IMG/VR virus record: IMGVR_UViG_3300008267_000012 | Reading direction: 5' to 3' (one strand) | Length of the DNA: 64,000 nt | Source: a virus | Taxonomy: Duplodnaviria > Caudoviricetes | Program-made: the position numbers and the translations under genes | The notes under the pieces: model-generated | What the model saw: the letters and a program-made list of their open reading frames with translations, nothing else | The model's database searches: none | Told to the model about the DNA's origin: nothing | Shown: piece after piece, positions 13,557 to 22,707 of the stretch | Position numbering within the stretch: the stretch's first letter is position 1 | Layout: each line of letters begins with the position of its first letter

Positions 13557-14312
13557 TTAATCTTGTTTTTCTTTTTGTTTTATTTTATTTATTTCAGAAG
13601 CAAATTCATAATCTTCGTTTTCTACTGCCAATCTAAGAAATTCATTTAGAACAACAAGTGGCATTTCTTCATCAACCACTTTATCTCTTTCATAAGCAAT
13701 TTCAATTAATGTTTTATGGAAATTAGATAGTTCTTCATCTTCATTAACTTCAAAGAACATATCATAAGTATAATAATCATTATCACCTTGTATTTCCAAA
13801 GCAAGTACATATGCTTCTTTTGAACCACCATCGGGAAAATCACAATCAACTACTTCACCTTTAAGTAATTTATATTTACCTACATTATATCCAAAATCTT
13901 CATCTGCAAACATTATTTCAAATGTTGCATCACCAAACATTTCAGATAACTTTTCAAAGATTGAAAAAGGTGATGCCCAAGCGGTATTGAACTCAATCAT
14001 ATCATCTGAAATGAATATATCAGAACAATTCCATTTAGTACCCCAATTACGAGTTGACCAATCATACCAATTATCAGAACCAAACTTTTCAATTAGTTCT
14101 TTTGACATTGATTCAGTAATACCTTTATCAGAATTAATTTTATATTCTGTATCAGATATAATCCTTGTAGGTGCAGTTGTACCTATTAGTTCTTCGGGCA
14201 TAGGAATAATTTTATTAAAATCAAATTCAGTATTATCTGATTTGACCAATGAAACAATTTTCTTGATTGTTTCCGCATCCGTGTAAAGTTTGTTTGTAAT
14301 CCAATTAGGCAT
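13557..14312 (-). CDS. DUF1281/YubB-like ferredoxin-fold protein
   Basis: MPNW...FDFNKIIPMPEEL...WYDWSTRNWGTKWN...FNTAWASP...FADED signature. Confidence 0.75.
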   Translation of the reverse strand: MPNWITNKLYTDAETIKKIVSLVKSDNTEFDFNKIIPMPEELIGTTAPTRIISDTEYKINSDKGITESMSKELIEKFGSDNWYDWSTRNWGTKWNCSDIFISDDMIEFNTAWASPFSIFEKLSEMFGDATFEIMFADEDFGYNVGKYKLLKGEVVDCDFPDGGSKEAYVLALEIQGDNDYYTYDMFFEVNEDEELSNFHKTLIEIAYERDKVVDEEMPLVVLNEFLRLAVENEDYEFASEINKIKQKEKQD

Positions 14313-14448
14313 AATTTTTTTGTTTTAATTTTGTTACACTATAATATATGAACTCAAGGTTCAAATCTTACAAAAAAAGATAAAAAAAATCCCCCCAAAT
14401 TTTGGGAGGACTTTCCAAAAAAATAAAAATATGACTAACAACGAACTT

Positions 14449-14697
14449 TTAATATAGTGTTGGAAAAGCAATATCTTCTCCACTTGTAGTTCTTCCAAAT
14501 AGTGTTCCACCATCATTACCTTCATCATCCATAGATGGAAATATGAATGAACCATCATTAAAGAATATAGCAAGAGGTCTTGAAGACCAACCCATATTAT
14601 CTGCTTCAACTTTGGACATATATCTTACTGCTTTAATTGTTTTACCAATAAGATTTGCTTTGGCAAAATCATTCCAATGTTTTTCTGTACTACCCAT
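14449..14697 (-). CDS. Conserved phage hypothetical protein
   Basis: LIGKTIKAVRYMS...GW..RP..IFFNDG....PSMDDEGNDGG motif, common in phage early regions. Confidence 0.65.
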   Translation of the reverse strand: MGSTEKHWNDFAKANLIGKTIKAVRYMSKVEADNMGWSSRPLAIFFNDGSFIFPSMDDEGNDGGTLFGRTTSGEDIAFPTLY

Positions 14698-15783
14698 AAA
14701 TCAAATTTAAATTAAAATCAAGATACATTATCTTTTCTGAATTTGTTTCCCAAGAACTACCTTTATCACATTCATCTAAGAAATCTTTTAATATGATTTC
14801 ATTATCATCAGTATCATTTAAATCCCAATACTTTCTGATATGAGATTCAGTAGTAGTGAAAGGTTCTGCCCTTCCTGACTTGTCTTTAATTAAGAAAATC
14901 TTTTCCATTTTATTTTAATTTTAATCTTCTACAACTACAAATTTACTTTCCCAACCTTTTTCAGTAATGATATAACCAAAACGATTGACAACACAATGAC
15001 CTGCAACAATTACAAAATCATCATCATTTTCTATGATTGTCCAAATATGATTATTTCTATTTGCATAGATTTGTCTAAGAACATAATCATATTCTTCACC
15101 ATAGGTTTCAAACATACAACCTGACCAAGAGGTTATATCTTCATCCTTAATATCTGAATTTGTTTTTGCCCTCACAATATGATTGATTTGAGGTTTGTAT
15201 TCAGAATAGAAATCTTCTAAACTCATTGTTTCCATTTTATTTTTTGTTTGTGATATACTATATGAACTCACCCAACAAATCTTACAAAAAATTTTAAAAA
15301 CTTTTTAATCCTTTGGAAATCAGAAAGTTCTGAATGTTTTTGTTTGGTGAATCTATTGGAACAAGACCACCTTCTGAATAAATATCTTCAAATTCTTGAA
15401 CAAGGGATTCAATTAATTTAATTACTCCATCATCACCAAGTTCAGATTTTGCTTTAAGTACAATTTCTGCATCTTGATTTTGAGAAACTATTTTAGTAAT
15501 AAAATAATTTGTTTTGTTCCAAGAATTAATGACATTCTTTGTTAAATCTAAAACTTTTTTTGTATCTTTTGATGGACATACTTTTTCCATTAATGATAAT
15601 AAATCAAATACTCTTTTCATAAATATTTTTAATAATGTTACCCTATAAGATAGGAATTAGAGGTTCAAATCTTACAATCTTTTTTGCACTCTTTTGAGCA
15701 ATTTTTTGAATAGGTTGCACAACTTTTTGGAGCAGCGCACGAATAAAATAAAACAGAAATTGTGATTATAGTGATTATCTTTT

Positions 15784-16461
15784 TCATTTTATATTAAATA
15801 GTGCATCACTCCATTGTTGTGCAATAGCATCAGCAATACCTTGAAAGGTTTTACTTCTCAATGTTCTTCTTTCTGCATCAGTCTTTGCTTGTGCAATAGC
15901 ATCAGCATACCATTTAGGCATTTTCTTTCCACTACTGAAAGTAACAAACTCACCTTTTCCTACTACATTAGTAGGAGTAAGTTGTGGAAGATTCTTTAAC
16001 CAAAGACAAGTTGATTTACTTGCTTCATCACCAAACATAAAAGGTTGAACTATTTGGTCAGGTTTTCTCCATTTTGTAGATAAAAGACCAATAGGGTTTT
16101 CTATCGCAACCATTGGTATCTTACAATTATACAATGCTTTTACAAACTCAACACTATCCAACATATCTTTTCTTCTATTAGGATATTTTGGGTGTGGTCT
16201 TCTATCTTCAAAAGGTAAATCTTTATCTTCAGGATGCGACAACCATTGAACACCACTACTTGTAAGATAAGTACAAGGAGGGTGAGCAATCATCATATCC
16301 CAATTTTCCCTTTCAATAACATTGAATACATCATCTTGGTAATGCCATTCGGGATGACCACCACTACAAGGAAGTAAGTCGCAAGAATAGGCTTCGTAAC
16401 CTAACTTTCTGAAAGCCAATGTAATGGCTTGGGATTCTTCACACGCAACGAGAATTTTCAT
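15784..16461 (-). CDS. DNA cytosine-5 methyltransferase (short phage type)
   Basis: Start corrected to MKILVACEES at 16461, since the ORF-track start overlaps the terminator/promoter. Catalytic AHPPC motif; AIENP motif; C-terminal RSKTFQGIADA. Confidence 0.8.
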   Translation of the reverse strand: MKILVACEESQAITLAFRKLGYEAYSCDLLPCSGGHPEWHYQDDVFNVIERENWDMMIAHPPCTYLTSSGVQWLSHPEDKDLPFEDRRPHPKYPNRRKDMLDSVEFVKALYNCKIPMVAIENPIGLLSTKWRKPDQIVQPFMFGDEASKSTCLWLKNLPQLTPTNVVGKGEFVTFSSGKKMPKWYADAIAQAKTDAERRTLRSKTFQGIADAIAQQWSDALFNIK

Positions 16462-16756
16462 AACTTTTTTCTGCAATATATGAATAAGGTTTGAAAATCT
16501 TACATTTTTATGCAAAAAAAATGGGGGAAATTCCCCCATAATTTATTTTAAATTGAAACTTCGTATTCGTTTGTTTTGTCAGCAATATACAATCTTAATT
16601 CATCTAAAGATATAGATTCTTCATCAGTATATTTATCTTTGGAACGAATCATTTGTGTTATATCATATAGAATTGCTCTGTATCTCCAACCATTGATAGC
16701 ATTGTTGTATTGTTCTTGTTCTTCAATTCCATCAAATTCAAGAATTACTTTCATAA

Positions 16757-17443
16757 TTACTCTTTGTTTGCAGGTTGCTGATTAATATTAGGTTGCTGTT
16801 CTTGATTTGATGGTTTTTGTCGTTTTGGCATTTTTGCCACTTGTTCAAGCACATAATTTCTAAATTCTTTTATTGTACCTGTGTAATTTACACCTTTATT
16901 AAATTTAGTTGCATTTGATAACATTCTAATATTTTGAGGTGAGTAAATAAACATTGCACTATCAATAGTGGTAAAACCTTTTTTATCAGTATATTCAAAT
17001 GTGTGTATAAGTGCGTATGCTTCTTCGTTAGGATTCAATTTTTTAGTATTTTCTTTTAATGTTTTTAATAAAGTTTTTACTTTCAAATCAGGGTTTTGAT
17101 ACATTTTGATTGTTTTATAATCAATAGTATTAGGAGAAAGTCTTTTCCTAAATTGCATTTCTTGATTAATCATTTCTCTTTGATTTATCATTGAGAAAGG
17201 TGATAATTCATTTTCTTTTAATATATTTAAACCCATAGAATCTCCTTTAATAAAGTGGTCAATTTTTATTGTATCAACAAAAGTGGTTGTTATTCCTTTG
17301 TACTGATTGAATTTGTTTGCTAAAGAATCTTTAACATATTTTTCAACTGACTTTTTAATTTGGTCATCTCCATTATTGTTTACTTTTGCTGATGAGACGC
17401 AAATGATACTTAACATTGTAAGTGATAATAATAATTTTTTCAT
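16757..17443 (-). CDS. Secreted hypothetical protein
   Basis: Signal peptide MKKLLLSLTMLSIICVSSA; ACTATTTATA motif at 17461-17470. Confidence 0.7.
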   Translation of the reverse strand: MKKLLLSLTMLSIICVSSAKVNNNGDDQIKKSVEKYVKDSLANKFNQYKGITTTFVDTIKIDHFIKGDSMGLNILKENELSPFSMINQREMINQEMQFRKRLSPNTIDYKTIKMYQNPDLKVKTLLKTLKENTKKLNPNEEAYALIHTFEYTDKKGFTTIDSAMFIYSPQNIRMLSNATKFNKGVNYTGTIKEFRNYVLEQVAKMPKRQKPSNQEQQPNINQQPANKE

Positions 17444-17479
17444 AGTTTTGATAATTTTAATATAAATAGTAAATTTTTA

Positions 17480-17794
17480 TTAGTTTCTTCTCAAGAAATT
17501 AAGACATTCTGTTAAATATTTTACAGATAGTTTATCATAATTAATTGAGAAAGTGTCATAAGGTTGTGCTTTTTTATATGTAACCGCAGTTATGTGATTC
17601 ATATGAAATCCTTGTATGAATCCTTTCTTAATACCATCATCATAAAAAACACCATCAACTGCTTTTGTATTACCTAAATGTAAAAAACTTGGTTTTGGAG
17701 GCATACAATTACCAACAATGTCCTCATAACAATGTATAGAACCATAGTTTTGAATGATTTCTTGAATCTGCTCAATTACTTCTTGTCTTTCCAT
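17480..17794 (-). CDS. Hypothetical protein
   Basis: 104-aa ORF with TAATTTTG host-type -7 box at 17799-17806. Confidence 0.6.
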   Translation of the reverse strand: MERQEVIEQIQEIIQNYGSIHCYEDIVGNCMPPKPSFLHLGNTKAVDGVFYDDGIKKGFIQGFHMNHITAVTYKKAQPYDTFSINYDKLSVKYLTECLNFLRRN

Positions 17795-17814
17795 TTTGCA
17801 AAATTAAGAAAAAA

Positions 17815-17944
17815 AACAATGTTGGAAAAATTTTTTAACAATGTTCCCTTTTAAACAATGTTCGCTTAAAACAATGTTGGCTTAAAACAATGTTCCCTTT
17901 CAAACAATGTTAGGTTAAACAATGTTCTTTTTAGGAACAATGTA
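17815..17944. repeat. AACAATGTT array, 8 copies, 15-22 bp spacing
   Basis: Copies at 17815, 17837, 17854, 17870, 17886, 17903, 17918 and 17936 (last is AACAATGTA); two more at 18510 and 18524. Confidence 0.9.
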
Positions 17945-18427
17945 TTTTGAAATTTCAATTAATTTTTCAGTTTCTACAAGAGTAAGTACATCAATCATAT
18001 TTGTATATTTGTTTGGTCTTTTATACAAATGATACAATGTTGGTCTATCCTTATATTCTTTTATTGTATTTTTAGCAATAAAGTCTTGCAATACAAGTCT
18101 ATCAACTACAACCCATTTATCATTCATTTCAAATGCAAAACAATCTGCGCTACCATATAACCAACCTAAATGACGTTTTTCTAAAGTTTTACCTCTTTTA
18201 ATTTCAATCCATTGAATAGATTCATCAAATGGTTCATTTCTTTTTAATTTCTTTAATCCCTTAACATCTATTTTTAATTGTTCATTTTTAATTACAACAA
18301 AGACATCCCAATGTTCATAAATATCTTCTTTCTTTGTTGCTTCTCTGATAAATTCATCACAATCTTCTGCGAATCTTACCTCAACTTTTTTTGCAGTTTC
18401 TAATAAACCTGACCAATCATACCCCAT
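17915..18427 (-). CDS. PD-(D/E)xK-fold nuclease-like protein
   Basis: EDIYEHWDV...IDVKG...WIEIK...GWLYGSAD pattern. Confidence 0.6.
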   Translation of the reverse strand: MGYDWSGLLETAKKVEVRFAEDCDEFIREATKKEDIYEHWDVFVVIKNEQLKIDVKGLKKLKRNEPFDESIQWIEIKRGKTLEKRHLGWLYGSADCFAFEMNDKWVVVDRLVLQDFIAKNTIKEYKDRPTLYHLYKRPNKYTNMIDVLTLVETEKLIEISKYIVPKKNIV

Positions 18428-18530
18428 AATAATTTTTCTTTCTCTAAATATACATTCTTTTTGGGAGAAAAAGAAAAATCCCCATCAAAAGACAGGGATT
18501 TTTTTATTTAACAATGTTTGTTAAACAATG

Positions 18531-18974
18531 TTATTTATAACCTAAACCAAATGCAACACATTTGTTATTAGGATTTTTAATATCTTTCTTATCAAAAATG
18601 TATTCAATAGTATAGTCACCTGAGTATTTTGCGGTAAAGTCAAACACTTTACCATCACCCATATAGACATTTGATACAAACAATTTATCTTTAGAATCAT
18701 AAAGATTAATTATTACTCTACCCTCAAACCCTTCAGACACATCAACTAATCTATATTCCTCATTTTTAAATACACTAAAAGTTGCTTTAACAGCATCTTT
18801 TCTTTCAAATTCATTGTATGATTTGTATGCAAGAGATTCGTATATATATTCATCCAAAGAAAGGTTTACACTTTTTCTTATTGTTTTAGAATTGCATTGT
18901 GCAAAACTAGTTTGTGTCATTAGTATCAACATACTAACGATTACTGCGATGATTAAACCGACTCTTCTTTTCAT
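18531..18974 (-). CDS. Secreted beta-sandwich-like hypothetical protein
   Basis: Start corrected to MKRRVGL; signal peptide ending in SFA-Q. Confidence 0.6.
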   Translation of the reverse strand: MKRRVGLIIAVIVSMLILMTQTSFAQCNSKTIRKSVNLSLDEYIYESLAYKSYNEFERKDAVKATFSVFKNEEYRLVDVSEGFEGRVIINLYDSKDKLFVSNVYMGDGKVFDFTAKYSGDYTIEYIFDKKDIKNPNNKCVAFGLGYK

Positions 18975-19209
18975 TTTGTTTTTTTTGTTTATTGTTTTTG
19001 TTATTATTGTTTTGTAATAAAACCACAAAAACATTCTGCGATTATTTCGGATAAGAAATAACTTTATATAAACATTACAAAAAGGGGAGATTAATTATAG
19101 AAACTATACCGAAAGGTTATAGATATTTCTTATATATAGTACAAAAAAATAAGGATGTTAATAAAAACACCCTTATTTAATAAAGTTTTTTGTTAATAAA
19201 TGTTAATTT

Positions 19210-19641
19210 TTAGTCTATTGTAAATCCTCTTTCTCTATCTCTGTCTAGTTGACTTGCTTTATTTCTTACTGCTCTTTCACTATATTCTTGAAAACTAGGA
19301 TTAGTTATTTGAATCATCCTAGACCATATTTCATTTGGATTAATTTCAAAAATAGGTTCTTCACCATATTCTGATTTAAAACTATCAATAAATTTAGATA
19401 ATTCTTCTTTTGATTTTATACTTCTTAATGAATCACCGCCACTAGGAATATCTATTCTACTACCCCAACCTTCAATATTAAATCTAAATCCGTTATTTGC
19501 ATAATCTTCATATGTTTCAGGTAATTCAGAGAATGGAAATTGGTCTAATGCTTCATCACCTCTAACAACATTTTCATTGATAAAAGATTTCATATACTTT
19601 CTCAATGTCTTTAATTGCTTTTCTGTAATTATATATTTCAT
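19210..19641 (-). CDS. Putative virion internal protein
   Basis: N-terminus MKYIITEKQLKTLRKYMKSFINE; late motif at 19655. Confidence 0.55.
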   Translation of the reverse strand: MKYIITEKQLKTLRKYMKSFINENVVRGDEALDQFPFSELPETYEDYANNGFRFNIEGWGSRIDIPSGGDSLRSIKSKEELSKFIDSFKSEYGEEPIFEINPNEIWSRMIQITNPSFQEYSERAVRNKASQLDRDRERGFTID

Positions 19642-19666
19642 TGCTTTTTAATTATAAATAGTTAAA

Positions 19667-20545
19667 TTATTGTGTTGGACCATTATCTACTCTTGATTCT
19701 AATGTTGCTTCAATAGCATCAGGAAGACCTGAAAGAATATCATATCCTGTTGCAGTTTCAATAGCATCTACTGATGTTCTATATACTCCCCAACTTGTAC
19801 TAAGTGTATTAATATTAGGTGTATTAACTGCTATTACTCTTGTTGCAGTTGTTACTCTTGAAATATCATTTGTACCATTTGGTAATACAATAACTACTTT
19901 CCATATTTGTTTTGGTACTGTTACTCTACCTGCATCTATTGTTAATGTTGTTCCACCTTTTGAACCTGTGCCACCTTTACCATATGAACCACATATAATA
20001 TAACATTCATTTCCTTGTGAAACTAATGTTCTGCAATATGATTCAAGTCTTTCCCAAGTCTGTTGGTTATTAACAGGTGCTTGTGGCATCATATTAGTCA
20101 TTAAGAATGTTTCTCTATTATCTGTTGAAGAAAATGTTCTATCACCTGATGGACAATTATGACCTCTATCAAATCCTGAATTAGTATAAGATGAAGATGA
20201 AACTCTATAAACACCTGATGGCAATAAAACATCAGATGCAAAACAATCACATCTTGTTGCTGAACCTAACCAAGTATTATCTAAATGCCAGGATACCCAA
20301 TTAGGTTTACCTTCTGTTGAATTATAAGATAAACTATAAGTCATTTTCTGCATTAAATAATTTGTTGTAGACAATGTGCTTGCATTGCTTGGATTACCCA
20401 TTAACAAATTATCAGTTGCAATTCTTGCATTGGTATTATCAACTTGTTTAGTTATTACTTCTTGGTTTATTGGTTGAATAGAATCTTCTTTTTTACAGGA
20501 TAAAAGAGCAAAACCAATTAGTGAGATTAATAAAAGTTTTTTCAT
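19667..20545 (-). CDS. DNA/RNA non-specific endonuclease (NucA/EndA family), lipoprotein
   Basis: Active-site motif FDRGHNCPSGDRT...TFLMTNMMPQ...N; lipobox LLS-C followed by KKED. Confidence 0.9.
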   Translation of the reverse strand: MKKLLLISLIGFALLSCKKEDSIQPINQEVITKQVDNTNARIATDNLLMGNPSNASTLSTTNYLMQKMTYSLSYNSTEGKPNWVSWHLDNTWLGSATRCDCFASDVLLPSGVYRVSSSSYTNSGFDRGHNCPSGDRTFSSTDNRETFLMTNMMPQAPVNNQQTWERLESYCRTLVSQGNECYIICGSYGKGGTGSKGGTTLTIDAGRVTVPKQIWKVVIVLPNGTNDISRVTTATRVIAVNTPNINTLSTSWGVYRTSVDAIETATGYDILSGLPDAIEATLESRVDNGPTQ

Positions 20546-20612
20546 AATAGTTTTCTTTTAAATAGAAAAGGTCACCAAAAGATGACCCTTTTAATATGAA
20601 AAAGTATGTAAA

Positions 20613-21260
20613 TTATTTTCCGTAAACTAAATTATTTTTACCACCTTCTGCTCTTTGGATTGCGAAGTTAGAAGAATAATCTTGTGTAACTTTATGTAAA
20701 AAATCTTTAACTATTTGTCTATCAATTTCAACTTCAGATAAAGGTAATTCAAGTGATTTAACTTTCAATACTTTCTTTAGTTCTGCTTTGAAAGAAGATG
20801 GTTTTAATTTACCTGTATTATCTGTTTTATTTTTAGTTGACATAAATACAGATTTACCACCTTCATTAACATTGTGGTCAACAGCACTAGTTGTCTTAAT
20901 AAGTTTTTCTAATTTAGTTTTTAAATCACTAACAATGTCTGTTGTGAACTTAACTTCTTTTTCAAACTTTGATTTAAGTTTGGTTGGTACTTTCAATCCT
21001 TTATTATGTTGACCTACTACCTGTAATACTTTTTCTAATTGAGATACAGAATCAATCTTTAAAACACTTTTATCAATAATTGGTTCTCTTTTTATAGGTT
21101 TTTCTTCTTTCTTTTCTTCCTTTTTTCCAAGTGGTTCAACACTTTTAAGTTCAACACCGCCTTTAAGTTTTGATTCTAATAGTTTTACTGCTTCTTTCTT
21201 ATTCTTTAGAAAGAATTTTAGTTTTGCTAATTGTTGCTCAGTAAGTATGAATTTTATCAT
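20613..21260 (-). CDS. Putative virion internal protein
   Basis: Start corrected to MIKFILTEQQL; late motif at 21274-21281. Confidence 0.55.
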   Translation of the reverse strand: MIKFILTEQQLAKLKFFLKNKKEAVKLLESKLKGGVELKSVEPLGKKEEKKEEKPIKREPIIDKSVLKIDSVSQLEKVLQVVGQHNKGLKVPTKLKSKFEKEVKFTTDIVSDLKTKLEKLIKTTSAVDHNVNEGGKSVFMSTKNKTDNTGKLKPSSFKAELKKVLKVKSLELPLSEVEIDRQIVKDFLHKVTQDYSSNFAIQRAEGGKNNLVYGK

Positions 21261-21344
21261 TATTTCTTTTATATAAATAGTCATTTATAAAAAAACCCAT
21301 CAGAATATCTAATGGGTTTTAACTCATTTTACTAATATGTTGAT

Positions 21345-21581
21345 TCAATATGGTTTTTTCTTATGTATTTCTTCTTTAATGTCAAGAATAAAGAATGTTA
21401 TAAAGATTAAAGCTACAAAGATATCATCATTGGTTATAATGGTAGCAAAAGAACCTACAGGTTTAAATACTATCACATAGATTCTACTCAAAAACCAAAA
21501 GATGAATCCCACATAATAAACAATGTTCAAGAACATTTTTATTGTCTTCCATGTCGGCAAGTAATTTTTAAAATTTTTCAT
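21345..21581 (-). CDS. Small two-TM membrane protein
   Basis: Two hydrophobic segments; TATATTTG box at 21586. Confidence 0.6.
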   Translation of the reverse strand: MKNFKNYLPTWKTIKMFLNIVYYVGFIFWFLSRIYVIVFKPVGSFATIITNDDIFVALIFITFFILDIKEEIHKKKPY

Positions 21582-21795
21582 AAGACAAATATAAGATTTT
21601 TATTTGGAAATAAGAAATACACCAAGAGATAATAAAATTAAATTAATCAAAAGTGCGATAACAATCTGAGTTCTAAGTTCTTTTATTTCTTTAGGTAAAC
21701 TTGTCACTTGCCAAATCAAATGTGCAGATGACAAAATAAAATAGATAACTACTGAATAGATAAAAATTGTATGTAACATTGTGTGTGAAATTTAG

Positions 21796-21869
21796 TGTTC
21801 CCTACAGGGCTTGAACCTGTGACCTACTGATTATGAGTCAGTTGCTCTGACCAACTGAGCTAAGAGAAC
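21796..21869 (-). tRNA. tRNA with CAT anticodon (probably Ile2/lysidine type; elongator Met not excluded), CCA not encoded
   Basis: GTTCTCT/AGGGAAC acceptor stem, D arm TAGCTCAGTTGGTCAGAGC, anticodon arm ACTGA-CTCATAA-TCAGT, T loop GGTTCAAGCC; followed by A then CTA; TATATTTG promoter at 21882. Confidence 0.92.
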
Positions 21870-21904
21870 GAATTGGTAATGCAAATATATAATATTTTTG
21901 ATTA

Positions 21905-22459
21905 CTACACAAATTTATTTTCTCTTATCCAAATTACACCAATATATTTTACTCCTGATTTAACAGGTAGTCCTGCGTGAAGACTATCATAATCCAATGA
22001 CCCATCTTTATTTATATTATCCCAAATAATCATTTTGTTTATTTCGGGTTTAATCATTTTATTTAATTTAGGGAAATGAGTTTCACCTCCTTCAAAATCA
22101 TCATTAAGATAAAACAATGCTGATTTTAATCTTTGTCCACCTCTATTGGTACAAACACTTTCATAATAATCTTGATTTGGGAAAAAGAAGTCATGATGTT
22201 CTTTATATTCTCCACCAATTTCATATCTAACAATGTGTAAGTCTTCCATATTTTCAATTGGAAGATTAGTATATTCAGACACAATTGACATTACATCTTT
22301 TGTAATATCTAAATCTTTAGATAACCATGTACCTTGTGCAGTTCTATAACCTTCAATTTGTTTACCAAGAGTTGTCATCTGAATAAGGGTCTTTTCAGCA
22401 ATTTCAATTAACTCTTTTGATTGACTTGATGTTAAGATGTTCTTTATTTCCAATACCAT
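21905..22459 (-). CDS. 2OG-Fe(II) oxygenase, prolyl 4-hydroxylase-like
   Basis: HIVRYEIGGEYKEHHD...LFYLNDDFEGGETHF...SLHAGLPVKSGVKY (HxD...H...K). Confidence 0.88.
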   Translation of the reverse strand: MVLEIKNILTSSQSKELIEIAEKTLIQMTTLGKQIEGYRTAQGTWLSKDLDITKDVMSIVSEYTNLPIENMEDLHIVRYEIGGEYKEHHDFFFPNQDYYESVCTNRGGQRLKSALFYLNDDFEGGETHFPKLNKMIKPEINKMIIWDNINKDGSLDYDSLHAGLPVKSGVKYIGVIWIRENKFV

Positions 22460-22475
22460 ACAATAAATTACGATA

Positions 22476-22661
22476 TTATTTTGGTTTTTTTTTCAAATTT
22501 TTAAATTGTCGGGAGTTGTAATAATTGCTTTGATATTCATCATCTTGCTTTGTTCTTTTCTTGACATTGTATCTTGAATCCAATTCTGTTTTTAATGCAC
22601 CAGGATTATAGTATTGTGTTTTACAACTTAACATAAAGATTAACAATAATATCTTCTTCAT
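22476..22661 (-). CDS. Small lipoprotein
   Basis: MKKILLLIFMLS-C lipobox; divergent late motifs at 22675-22693. Confidence 0.55.
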   Translation of the reverse strand: MKKILLLIFMLSCKTQYYNPGALKTELDSRYNVKKRTKQDDEYQSNYYNSRQFKNLKKKPK

Positions 22662-22707
22662 TTACCCTTTTTCATAAATAGAAACTATTTATAGTAAATA
22701 TTTTAAA

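Larger units (their letters stand above)
6812..15620 (-). other. Dense early-type array of about 30 short acidic hypothetical ORFs in small operons
   Basis: Tightly packed 60-250 aa minus-strand ORFs with A-rich leaders, promoter modules every 0.3-1.7 kb and recurring terminator hairpins (e.g. AAAAAAAGGGAAATTTCTTTCC at 2391, 8551, 9644). Confidence 0.85.
47..16504 (-). promoter_or_regulatory. 19 copies of a conserved phage-specific (presumed early) promoter module, TGTAAGAT(T/A)T-N~9-TCATATAnTATA, usually directly after a terminator hairpin
   Basis: Plus-strand ATCTTACA core at 72, 1196, 1529, 2078, 2384, 2895, 3273, 3615, 4016, 8544, 9637, 10779, 11413, 12657, 13283, 14365, 15279, 15669 and 16497 (last two are variants). 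Each lies just upstream of a minus-strand ORF or operon; I saw none beyond 16.5 kb. Promoter function is inferred from position. Confidence 0.8.

Noticed and set aside
17815-17944. CRISPR array or type III toxin-antitoxin RNA repeats
   Set aside because: Repeats are only 9 bp with 6-13 bp spacers, far shorter than CRISPR or ToxI units; no cas or ToxN gene is nearby. The same applies to 4619-4772.
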